A stretch of DNA of 64,000 nucleotides from Carcharhinus amblyrhynchos (lineage: Eukaryota). Shown piece after piece: positions 26,189 to 37,490 of the stretch. The DNA is taken from contig OZ336877.1 of the NCBI GenBank assembly GCA_965287045.1, positions 5,332,001-5,396,000 of the forward strand, written 5' to 3'. A program made the translations under genes and the position numbers. A model generated the notes under the pieces. It was not told the DNA's origin. It saw only the letters and a program-made list of their open reading frames with translations, and ran no database searches. Numbering within the stretch: the stretch's first letter is position 1; every line of letters starts with the position of its first letter.

Positions 26189-26849
26189 CTAGTTGATAAA
26201 GACAAGATGAAAATTCTTGAGAATAATGGGGGCATTTACTTGGATTTGTTTATAAAGATGATTAGTCCTCAAAAATCAGCCATCACTCATTTAGAGTGAG
26301 ATCGACTCACTTTGATTTTGAAGTTACATATTTGGACTCATTTCATTCTTAAAATAACCACAGCTGCATTTGTTTATGTGGATTTGTAATCGGCATCACT
26401 CAATTTAATGACAGCTCTGGATGGCTGTTCATATCTTTATACAAAGCATTTCAAGATTTCACTTTTACAACATTTCAACAATTTAAAGATTTTATGTTAC
26501 TGGTATATCAATTTAAAATATTTCTCAACTGTTCAGACAGTCAGCAACTTTATCGAGTGAGTAATTGAGCTTTGCAACCAAGGAATTTCCAGGTTTGACC
26601 TGAAGTTCAGCGTGATAGGAGTAGGAATGTTACAACTGAGGTGGATTAGGCAATAGATAGGAATATCCAAGTTTTCCACTATCAGCTATTATTCGGTTAA
26701 TCCTGTTAGAGGAATAGCACCGCAAGAAAAATGGCAAGACATTGAGATGTGACAGGTATCCATAGAATCCTATCCCAGCGAGTATTCAATGTCTTTGAGA
26801 AAGAAATTTATGACAAAAAAAATCACCAGTACGAAATCACTATCCAACA

Positions 26850-28190
26850 CACAATTTAAAATGATTAAAGCATGCAGTAAGGTGTTCCAATACAGTTGCG
26901 ATACTGGCGTCGACATGGCAATGTGAAATATTGTCCAGGTCACGTTCTGTCCACAAAATGCAGAATACATCCAATCTGGCCAATCAGCCTCCTCACAGTC
27001 ATCAGCAAAGTAATGGGAAATATTGCTGACAGTGATATCAACTGACAATTACTCACTAATAAACTGATCAGTTTGGGTTCTGCCAGCACCATTCATATTC
27101 AGACCTCATCATAGCCTTAGTGCTACATGGACATTACGAGTTCAATTCCAGAGGCGAGGGGAGGTGAGAGTGACTAACCTTAACATCAAGGCAGCATTTG
27201 CATGAGTGTGGCATCAAGGAGCCCAAAAACTGAAGTTGATGGGAATAAGGGGGAAAGTTCTCTGTTGGTTTGAGTCATCACTAGCACAAAGGAAGATGAA
27301 TATAGTTGTTGAGTCAATCATTTTAGCTCCAGGAGTTCCTGAAGATAGGCCCAACTTTCTTCACCTGCTTTGTTATTGACCATCTCTCCATCATAAAGTC
27401 AGAAATGGAATACTCAGTGTTAGAGTTCCATTTACAACTCCTCAGATAATGAAGCGGCAGTGGCTGTGTGAGGTAGAACCTGGATAATATTCAGGTTTGC
27501 GCTGACAAGTAGCAAGTAGTTGTCTTGCCAAACAATGAATGCCCACAACAAAAGACAGTCTAACCACGCCACATGACATTTAACAGCACTACCATCGTTT
27601 GATATTGCAAGACTCACCATCGACCAGAAACCTAACTGGATCAGCTTGTCCAATTAACGCATCTCCTCACTCCCTAGAGCATGTCCACAAGTCAGGAGTT
27701 GATGGAATACTTCCCTCTGGCCTGGGTGATTGCAGCTCCAACAACAGTTTAATAAACTTCACACCATTCAGGGAATAGCAGCTCACTTGTTGCCACCCCA
27801 TCTACTGCCTTAAATGTTCATTCTCTCTACCACCAGTGCAGAGTGGCAGCAACATGTACAATCAACAAGAAGCACTGCAGCAACTCGTCAAGACATCTTC
27901 GGCAGAAGCTTCTGATCTCTATTATAAGAGCAAAGTCGGGATGCACGTGAAAACACCATCACCTGTAAGCAACACACCTTCCTGACTTGAAACTATAATC
28001 GCCGTTCCGTCACTGTTTCTGGGGCAAAATCCTGGAATACCCATCTGAAGAGCACTGTAAGTATACCTGCAGCACATGGACTGCAGGAGTTCAAGAAGGC
28101 AGTTTACTACTGCCTTCTCATGAGCAATTAGGGATGGGTAATAAATGCTGGCCTTGCCAGCAATGCCCACATCTCAAGAATTAAAAAAGA
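26850..28190 (+). mobile_element. CR1/L2-group LINE remnant (RT to tail)
   Basis: acatcaaggcagcatttg..gtgtggcatcaagg (DIKAAFDRVWHQG-like); tail gcaattagggatgggtaataaatgctggccttgccagc. Confidence 0.85.
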
Positions 28191-28559
28191 ATATCTGAGA
28201 GCTAGAAATTATAGTTTGAAAATGATATATAGAGCAATGATACCTCTAAGGTGTGCATATGGCCACCCAGCAACTTTAATGCACAGAACAGTGCAAATGA
28301 ATATGCCACGTACAAAGAAAAATTAGAGGGAACACTGATGCAGAGATCAATGAGTTAAGGGTGCCGACCTTTTAACCCAAGATTGATGACATACAAGTGT
28401 TCAACTCTTTCCTGCGAGTTGTAAGGATACTTAAGTAGCATATTTGACCATCCCAAACCCATTTCCAAGTAGGTGCATAAAACTGGCCACAAATCAGCAA
28501 ATTATGTAGTGTGATTATGAACACTAATTCAGGAGAAAGTTAGTTCTTGCTGTCAAACA

Positions 28560-28955
28560 GCTCAAAGACAGAATTTGAGCTCATATGGAAAACGTTTACT
28601 TGGAAAGGTTCTCCCTCTCTCCCAGGACTATTCTTCTCTCCTGCTGTTATTGCCACTTCTCAAAAAAACTATCCGCTAATCCCTCCATCCTTGCAAACTA
28701 TCATCCCATCATCCTTCCTTCTCCAAAATCCCCATCTCCAACTGTCCTTCCTTCTCCAAAGTCCCCGAATCTGTTGACACCTCCAAATATGTGTTCATCC
28801 AAATTTGAATCCTTCCAGTTAGATTTCTGTCCCTGCCACCGTGCAAAAATGGCTCTCAAAGTCACAAATTACACCCTATATGACTATGACAAAGGTAAAC
28901 TATTCCTCCTTATCCTTGACTTGTCTGCCACTTTTGACATGGTTGACTACACCCA
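28560..28955 (+). mobile_element. L2 LINE RT fragment
   Basis: FESFQLDFCPCHRAKMALKVTN..DKGKLFLLILDLSATFDMVDY resembles the L2 motif FQSGFR.HSTETAL.KVTND..LLDLSAAFDTVDH. Confidence 0.8.
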
Positions 28956-29879
28956 GCTTCCCCCAACCCAAGTCAGTGTAGACTCAATGGGTCAAATGGC
29001 CTCCTTCTGCACTGTAAGGATTCTATTTAAAAAAAAATGCCTCGGGAGAACCTAGGAATGTTTTACTCTGTTAATGTAGCTGTATAAATCGGAGATACTG
29101 TTAAAAGTGACAAATGTTTGTCATCTGCACTTGTGCTGCCCAGCATGAATTATCACAGTATGGGAAGAAAGAACAGGCTAAGGAAAAACTTAGAGATAAA
29201 AAGCCACAGAATATGAAACAGACAATACTCTATGGTTGAGGGAAAATTACATCTACTTTGCAGCCAACTTTCACTGCGCTGGGAAATGACAAATAGTTCA
29301 ATTTCCCACTACCGACCCCTCACACCTTGAAGCATGTATGCGTCAAGAAAAGCTTTCAACACTCACTTTTACACAACAAAATCAAGATGGATTTTCAACC
29401 ATGTAGAAAGAAGCCATATTTTGTTTCATATTTGCATTCATTATCTAGTTTTGATGGGCCACAAGCTATTTAGAATATCAAAAACCACACTAGATGATTC
29501 TACAAGTCTGGGTCGCTCATCAAATGAAATGTGTTATTACATTTTACTCGGTTGCAAGTGTGAAGTGTGTGTATTTTGGTTTAGTGGTGTATACAGATTT
29601 TCTCAATATCAAACTATAACACTACCAAGGTTCAGACACGAGGGGGCCCGGTGAGCTAAGCAAACATCTGAGCTCCCTCCTCTGACAAAGACAAATATTG
29701 CACCACATAATCCAAAGTGGCCTCGGAGACAAAATGAGTTTTGTTTAAAAAATATAGACGCAAGACTTTAAATCTTGCCACAAATTCTATCAACAGCTCT
29801 GACAGAAATTTCTTTTAATTTGCTCTTTGTTGTTCCAGTGTAACCCAAGTTTATGTTCTTATTATTGATTCCCCAAGTA

Positions 29880-31030
29880 GTAAGAATTATCTTACTGCGC
29901 ATCCTAACAAAACCTCTCAATTTTTAAAACATTTTTTGCTCCCTCTTTGGTTTTCTCTGTTCATATGAAGAGATCCAATTTAATAAGTCTTTGACCATAA
30001 TTATGGCCTCTCATTTGTGCTATAATTCCAGCAAATTTTTGATGCATCTTTTGCTATAACTTCATACAATACTCCAAGTGTGCCCTAACCAATATATGTA
30101 TAAATTTTAAAAACTTCTCATTTTTGCATATTTCAATACCTTTCTTAGTCAAGCCATTACATTCTCTTTAACATTATGTCCCTTAATCTTCTTAAGTCAT
30201 CTTATTAAATGCTTTTTGGAATTAAAAAACTATATATAAATTGGGTTCTTTTTTCCACTACATGTGTGATTAACTGAATTTGTCTAGAAAACTCATAGAG
30301 CACTCCTAATTAGCTAGTTATTTTAACTATCAAAGCATCTATTCCAGTTCTCTTGTTCCTCAGCACAGTTCTTGTTTCCAAGAATTTTAAGAAAACTATA
30401 ACAATTGTCTTGTCTTCAATTTCCTTCACTATTCTGAGAGCCGTGGCCACATTGCACCATTAGTATTTTGTACACTTAACCCCATAAACTTCAACTCTGT
30501 GACTATAACCTTTCTTTGATGATCCTTTTATTTGTATACGTATAAAACACTCATGTTACTTCCCTTCAGTGACTCAATATTTTCACACTTCCGCTTAGTT
30601 TTCCTAACCAACCTTTCTGCTTCCCACCCATACTTCTTATATTGCTCAATTTTCCTGTATCACATACTCTTTGCTTTCATACCTTTTTTGAAATCTCACT
30701 GTTATCCTAACCTTTTGATTTATGCTTTGAATTTCAGTCTCTGGTGCATCTTCTATAATCTTAATTTTAGTGTTTAACTTGATTCATTTCATTTCTAAAC
30801 AGATCACTGTTGGTCTGCTGTTTGATTTGCCACTCTTTCTGACCAATGCGGGTCAACATGCCTTTTCATTCCACTGACATTAGTCAATGCATCTTTGAAT
30901 CCTCTTTTTCTTCATCCATTGAATGAATAGACACGATGAGGTTATGGTCACTATTTCCCAAGTGGAGTCCGAACTTCAGATACTTGTTTGGCCTGCTGCA
31001 TTGTTCAGAACTAGATATGGCACAGCATTT
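29880..31030 (-). mobile_element. Old CR1 fragments
   Basis: Antisense CR1 motifs acaatactccaagtgtgccctaacc and ttatggtcactatttccca..ctagat. Confidence 0.55.
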
Positions 31031-32446
31031 AACCCATGTACTGGTGAATCTGATTTCAGTAGCATTTCTTCCTGAGGCTTTACAGCTTGCATTTAGTTAA
31101 ACATGGAGAAATTCTTGCACCAACTCCATATACACGTTTGTTGATATCACTGACAAACAAATACTTAATAAAAAAGAAAATTAGGAAGTTTCAGGAATGA
31201 ACTATTCAGTCAAAAAGACTGGATGGATTAAGCAGTTTTCCTGCATCTGTGAGGCATTCCGTTGTGATACAGTTGTGTAAACATTTTTCAATTTGATTAG
31301 GATTAACCATAAAAGTTTTGTGTGAATTCTTCTGTTATGCTAAGATTAAGAGATTTATGAGTGTGCCAACGCAATACTGGTTGATTGAAGCTAATATAGT
31401 AAAATAAATTGCTTTTCATTGAAATATAAAATGCTACAATAGGAATAATTTTGTCGAAGATAAATTAATACCAGCAATTGTTTACAACTAAATTTATTTA
31501 GAAATGTGGTTTGTGGAGTAAAATGTAATTAAAATGTATATTGTAATATACCTCAATATGGCACAATACAAATCCAGGGGATACAGCCTTTCCTTTCAAT
31601 CAGCTCCACCAATAGGTGACACAGTAACAGAACTATTAACTGTGAGCGAAGCTGCTTATCATTAAAAGCATTGCACTGCACAAGTGCAGTTTCTTCAGCC
31701 TGGCAAGTTAGATGCATTAGACCTGGTGTGATAGAACGAAGGATCTTTACTTGATTTTCTTTTTATTAATTATTTACAATATTTCTTTAGTTTAACTGCA
31801 ATGTTGATAGCATAGTGGCAGCATTATATATGCTGCTGACAAGGTAAGAAAAGGTTTTGTGCTAGCAATGCCTTTCTTCATGCCTCAAAGCCTAGACAGA
31901 ATGCATATGTCTTTCAACAATTTGCAGATTAGATAAGAATGATTTATCTATGAATGATTTAATCTGGTCTACTGGAGTGTTTGAGGAGGGGTGACAGCAG
32001 CAGTTGACATAAATTGTTCAATTATTTGCAAAATATTGACAGGTACAGAAAGAAGTTATCGCAGCATTTTAAGTTTGGCCAACGTGTGGAAAATAGAGAA
32101 CTAGTATTTGAGTTTATGTTTAAATCTGATATTTTGTAAGGATGCGTAGGTTTTCAGAAAAAAAGCGTAAAAGCAACACAAACTGTAAATGAAGAATGCA
32201 GATAATAAAACTGCAGCATGTGAATCCAGAGAGGTTGCAGGCTCTGCTTTCATGGTTCATAAAACCAATTTTAGAATAGTCAATACAAACAAATTGCATT
32301 ACTGCACTGAGCAATTTGACTGCAATTTCTAAATCAACCGAAATAGTGCCTGAAAGGGTGTTTCCAGAATGTTAAATGGATTTCAAACCAGTGTTAAGTT
32401 TTGGGTAATAGGCTTTTCTTTAACTTTTCCCTGTGGACAAACTTAC

Positions 32447-32546
32447 CCTTCAGGAGTGAAATCTTTCTCCTTACAAACTTCCATTAATTTTGGAGTCAGT
32501 CTGTATGCCTTGAGTGACAGAGAACCTTGTGCAGTTTTAATCGGAT
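32447..32546 (-). CDS. EIF3H: EIF3H internal exon (100 bp; equivalent to exon 4)
   Basis: Encodes (D)[32 protein letters not shown](G); acceptor tttttctAG ending 32547, donor GTAAGT from 32446. It is absent from the supplied ORF track. Confidence 0.97.
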
Positions 32547-32821
32547 CTAGAAAAATTAAGAACAGAAAAAAAGAGCATGTTTATTCTTTAAATCACACAT
32601 GTATCAGCAGAAAAATAACGATTCAAATTATATAATTCTATTGGAGAAAAAGTTATGGTTGTGTTGGTCATATTGGATCCTCACGATGATTATACTTCTC
32701 TAGTTACGGGGTACTTGACAAAGACACGTGAAAGAACAGACATAGGTTGCCCCAGTGTTTTAAGGTAGAGGACAATTTATAAACAAAAATGCTGGAAATA
32801 CTCAGCAGATTATGCAAAGTT

Positions 32822-33002
32822 GGCATTTCAGCCTGTGGCCTCTCACGAGAAATGGATGAAATCTTTTTCATCTCTAACTTTTATTTATAGACATTTGGAG
32901 CTGCATCTAATTTCTACAGTGTGCACTGTTTAGAGTGATTAATATTATATTTTGATATCACATACAAAGAAGGATATGCAGTTATCCAACATTTTTCTGT
33001 GG
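32822..33002. repeat. Left arm (source) of a 181-bp inverted repeat
   Basis: Reverse complement of 34639-34819; about 17 mismatches and no gaps by manual count. Confidence 0.95.
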
Positions 33003-33532
33003 CCCTGTTCCCAGGAACAGTTGCATACTAGTTATGTTACTGTACTAAACAATGATCTTGAGACATGAATTCAGATCCTACCACAGTGGTTGGTGAATCT
33101 GAATTCAGTAATAAATCTGTATGTTTTTATCAATAACAGTGATCATGTAATGAACACAAACTGTTGATATCAAGAATCAGCTGAACGAATTGAATACAGA
33201 AACGGATATGGGCCTTGAGAGCAATCCAATGGGTGAGACTGAAGAGATCTACTCCCAAATTAGCCACACCCTTAGCCAAGTTGTTCCAGTACAGCTAAAA
33301 CACTGGCATCTAGCTAACAGTGTGGGCAACTGGCCAGGCAGCTCCTATCCACAAAAGCAGGACAAATCCAATGTGGCCAATTACCATCTCATTGGTTTAC
33401 TCTCAATCATCAACAAAGCAAAGAAAGGTATCACGCCTGAGATCATCGTTTGCCTAAGCTAGGGTAGAGCAAAGGATCAAGGCAGCCAATGAGGTTAAAC
33501 CGAGACTTTACCTGATGCAATTTTTCAAAGCC

Positions 33533-33715
33533 ATCGCGGCCTTTTGGCTAAGATGAAGCATTCGATCAAGCCCGGGAGGGGGTGCAATGCCTCACCCCAT
33601 CAGCATGGATCTTGTTTGATCGAGCCCAAGTTGGGATGCTATGTCTCATCAGCTTGGATGTTGTTTGTCCCTCATGTGGGGACTATGATTTGACTTGATT
33701 TGAATTAGCTTTTTG
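33533..33715 (+). pseudogene. U2 snRNA-derived sequence (rearranged pseudogene or SINE)
   Basis: atcgc-----ggccttttggctaagatgaag versus U2 5' ATCGCTTCTCGGCCTTTTGGCTAAGATCAAG (18-nt exact core); later tctcatcagctt..gtccctcatgtggggac..gctttttg parallels U2 stems IIa/IIb and the Sm site. Confidence 0.75.
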
Positions 33716-34557
33716 ATTAGAAATGAAGTACTGAAAGATATCCATAAAAAGTATTCATCAAAGCAACAGTTGACAGAGTGTGACCTCAAGGAGCCCAAGC
33801 AAAATTGAAGTTGTTAGGAATTATGGGAAAACGCCACTGGTTAATGGCTCTAGTTGTTGCAGGCCAATCATTTCAGCCCCAGGACATCCCAGGAGGAATG
33901 GGGGAGTGTGTGCTGATGACTTCAGTGTTCATTACAATTTGCAACTCCCCAAGATACTGAGCAGTTCACATTCTTTTGCAGCAAGATCTGGACGACTTTC
34001 AGGCTTGGGTTAAGTGGCAAGTAAGACGGATGTCAAATAATGGTATCTTCAACAAGACAAAATCTAACCATCTCCCCCTGATGTTCAGCAGCATTACCAC
34101 CACTGAATACTTCATTATCAACATCCTTGGTGTTACTATTGCTCAGAAACATAGCTCAGTCAATCATGTCGATATTGTGACTACAACAGCAGGAATTACG
34201 CAACTAGTAACTTATCTCCTAACTACCCAAAGCCTGCACACCATTGACAAGGCACAACGGAAGACTGTGATGCATTACTTTTCACTTGCGTGGACCGACA
34301 CAACTTCAATAGCACAAGCAGCTCAATACAATCGAGCAGTCCACTTGGTTGGCACCATATCATCATCTTAAAAATACACCAGCTCCACTACTGGCACACA
34401 GTGGCAACAGCATGCAACAACTCACCAAATCTCTATGATTTCTATCATATAGAAAGACAAAGATATCAGACACATGGGAACTCCATCGTGTGCAAGTTCC
34501 TGTCCATGCCACACACTATGCTGGCTTGGAACTTTATCAATGTTCCTTTACTGTCGC

Positions 34558-34970
34558 TGGGCAGCACCGTGGCACAGCGGTTCGCACTGCTGCCTCAGTC
34601 ACTGTGTGGAGTTTCCTTGTGTCTGCGTGGGTTTCTTCCCACAGAAAAGTGTTGGACGACTGCATATCCTCATTTGCATGTGATATCCAAATATAATATT
34701 AATCGCTCTAAACAGTGCACACTGTAGAAATTAGATGCAGCTCCAAATGTCTATGAATAAAAGTTTGAGATGAAAAAGGTTTCATCCCTTTCTGGTGAAA
34801 GGTCACAGGCTGAAACACCTGGTTAGGTTGACTGGCCATGCTAAATTGACCTAGTGTGTGGGGGATTAGCAGGGTAAATGTGTGGGGTTACAGGAATTGG
34901 GCCTGGGTAGGATTGTGGCCTGCACAGGCTCAATGGACTGAATGGCCTCCTTCTGTACTGAAGGGATTCT
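34558..34970 (+). mobile_element. HE1/V-SINE carrying a 181-bp templated insertion
   Basis: Head gggcagcaccgtggcacagcggtt, core gtgtctgcgtgggtttcttcccacag, then the insert, then ggttaggttgactggccatgctaaattg..ggcctccttctgtactgaagggattct. Confidence 0.85.
34639..34819. repeat. Right arm (copy) of the 181-bp inverted repeat
   Basis: Reverse complement of 32822-33002. Confidence 0.95.
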
Positions 34971-35159
34971 TTGAATCAAGATAACTTATTTCCTCAAAGA
35001 GGTATATCGACAACAGATGGGCTGCAGTGATTGAAGGAGGCAATTCACCAACACTCTCAAGGTAATTAGGGCTGAGCAAAAGATGCTGACCATGCCAGAG
35101 ATGCACATATCTCATGAAAGAAAAAAAACTATATATACTAAATTTCTTTAGGAAAAATC

Positions 35160-37490
35160 TACTGCACTTACTGGCTTATATGTGATTCCAAACCCATTGC
35201 AATGTAATTGACTGCCCTCTGTTATGGACTTATGAGTCACTTTGTTGTATTAAACCACTATGACAAGTATAGGAATAAAACCACCCAGCATCCACCCAGG
35301 CTTTAGTTTGGGTGATGACAAAGGCTCAGTCAGCCCTGAAAGGTCTCCTTATTAACATCTGAGGGTATATGCCAACAAAGGAAGAGCTGGCCACAGGCTA
35401 GTTGAGCAATACAGTCTCAGAATCAGACCTTTCACCCAATATCCCAAGACTGAAGAGCTGAACAGGCGGTGAGGTGACAGTGACTTTCCTTGTCATCAAG
35501 GCAGGGTTTTACTGAGTGTGGCACCTAACAAAATTGAAGCTGATCAGAATCAGAGAGAAAACTTTCCAGTGGCTGGAGTCACGTCTGGCACAATGACAGA
35601 TGGTTGTTGCTGTTGCAGGCCAATTGTTTCAGCCACAAGACATCCCTGCAGGTGTTATAGATTTCAGTATCCTTGGCCCAACCACCTTCAGCTGCTTTAT
35701 CAATCCGCTCTGAGCACACCCCCCCCCCCCCCCCCCCCATTCCCAGGGTGGAGGTTAAGATGTTTGCTAATCATTGTGCAGTACCATTCACATCTCATCA
35801 GATCATGAAGCAGTTTATGCCCACATGCAGCAAGATCTGGACAACATTCAGACTTGGCTGATAAATGGAAGTAACATAGATGATATACCAAGTGCCAGGC
35901 AACAACCATCTCTAACAATAGAAAATCTAACCAACTTCTTTTGACATTCAACAGCATTTTTAGCATGAAATCCCTGCCATCAACATCCTGGCGTGGTTCA
36001 CCATTAATCAGAAATTTAACCAGACCAGTCACATAAGTTTTGTGGTTCTAAGAAGCTCGATACCGACAACTGACTCACCTCCTGACTTCCAATACTTTCC
36101 ATCCACCTACAAGGCACAAGTCTGGAAAAAGGACAACGCTCATTCATATAATGCTTTTTATAACCTCAGGTCATCCCCAAGTGCTTATTGGCTCATGAAA
36201 TACTTTTGAAGTGCAGTCACTGTTATAATCCAGGCAATCTGATGGGCAATTTGCGCACAGTAAGATGCCATAAACAACAACATGATAACCTTCAGGTAAT
36301 CTGCTGAATAATGGATAAATATTGGCCAGGATACCATGGTGTGATCGGTGCCGAATCAAGAAACCCAATACCATCCAGGACAAAACAGCCCATTTGACTG
36401 GCATCCAATTCACCACTTTAAACAGTCATTCCCTCCACCACCAGCACATTAAGGGGCAATTTAGCATGGTAAATCCATCTAACCTGCTCATCTTTGGACA
36501 GATGTGCGAAGAAACCAGAACACCTGGAGCAAACTCACACTGACACACCGTGAGGCAGCAGCTCTAACCACTACGCCACAGTGCTGCCCTATCTTATGAC
36601 ATGCACTGCAGTAACTCAGCAAGATATCTTCATTCAACAGCATTGCTCAAATGTACAACTGTTATGATCTAAAACAAGGGCAACAGGTGCATGGGAACAC
36701 AACTAACTCCAAGTTCCTCTCCAAGTCACAGAATCTACAGTGCAGGAGGTGGTAATTTGGCCAATCAAGCCTGCACTGACAGCAATCCTATCCCCGTAAC
36801 CCCACATATTTACCCTCCTAATCTCCCTGACATTAAGGGGCAATTTATCATGGTCAATCAACCTAACCAGCACACCTTTGGACAACAAGTTATTTGGCAA
36901 TTTATCAAGGCTAACCAACCTAACCCTCACATCTTTTGAAAATATACTACTGCCTCTTCGCTGTTGCTGGTCTGAAATTCTGGAACTCCCTCCTTAACAC
37001 CATTGTAGAAGGAGATTCATCAGGTGGGCTGCAGTGGTTCACGAAGGTGGTTCACCATCAACTTCTCATGGGTAATAGATGGATAGGATAGAGGTGGAGA
37101 GACTCTTCCCGCTCAAAAAAGATAGTAGGACTAGGGGGCACAGCCTCAAGATAAAGGGGGGGCGGTTTAGAACGGAGTTGAGGAGGAACTTCTTCACTCA
37201 AAGGGTGGTGAATCTCTGGAATTCTCTGCCCGTTGAAGTGGTGGAGGCTGCCTCGCTAAATATTTTTAAGACGCGGGTTGATGGGTTTTTGATAAGAGAG
37301 GGGATTAAGGGTTATGGGGAGAGGGCGGGAAAGTGGAACTGAGCCACGATAGATCAGCCATGATCTTATTGAATGGCGGGGCAGGCTCGAAGGGCTAGAT
37401 GGCCTACGCCTGCTCCTATTTCTTATGTTCTTATGTTCTTATTATAACTCTTGCCAGCAACACTCACAGCCCATGAATAAATGAAAACCT
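35160..37490 (+). mobile_element. CR1/L2-group LINE remnant with several nested SINE fragments
   Basis: catcaaggcagg..gagtgtggcac, cttggcccaaccaccttcagctgctttatcaat, tgtttgctaat; antisense SINE pieces at ~36160-36340, 36450-36590 and 36730-36940; tail resumes at 37450 (ttgccagcaacactcacagcccatgaat). Confidence 0.75.
37079..37442 (+). mobile_element. Young 5'-truncated CR1 insertion
   Basis: Uninterrupted ORF2 C-terminus (RTRGHSLKIKGGRFRTELRRNFFTQRVVNLWNSLP..GYGERAGKWN*), intact 3' UTR, (ttcttatg)n tail and retained CpGs. Confidence 0.93.

Larger units (their letters stand above)
33010..35130 (+). mobile_element. CR1/L2-group LINE remnant with nested insertions
   Basis: KQDKSNVANYHLIGLLSIINK, tgtgctgatga (FADD-like), QQDLDDFQAW; tail gtaattagggctgagcaaaag. 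Confidence 0.8.

Noticed and set aside
29334-29654. 106-aa plus-strand ORF as a nested gene
   Set aside because: No recognisable domain or splice context; length is within chance expectation.
33503-33514. agactttacctg resembling the U1 snRNA 5' end just before the U2-like segment
   Set aside because: Only about 9 matching bases with a gap and no further U1 similarity; likely chance.
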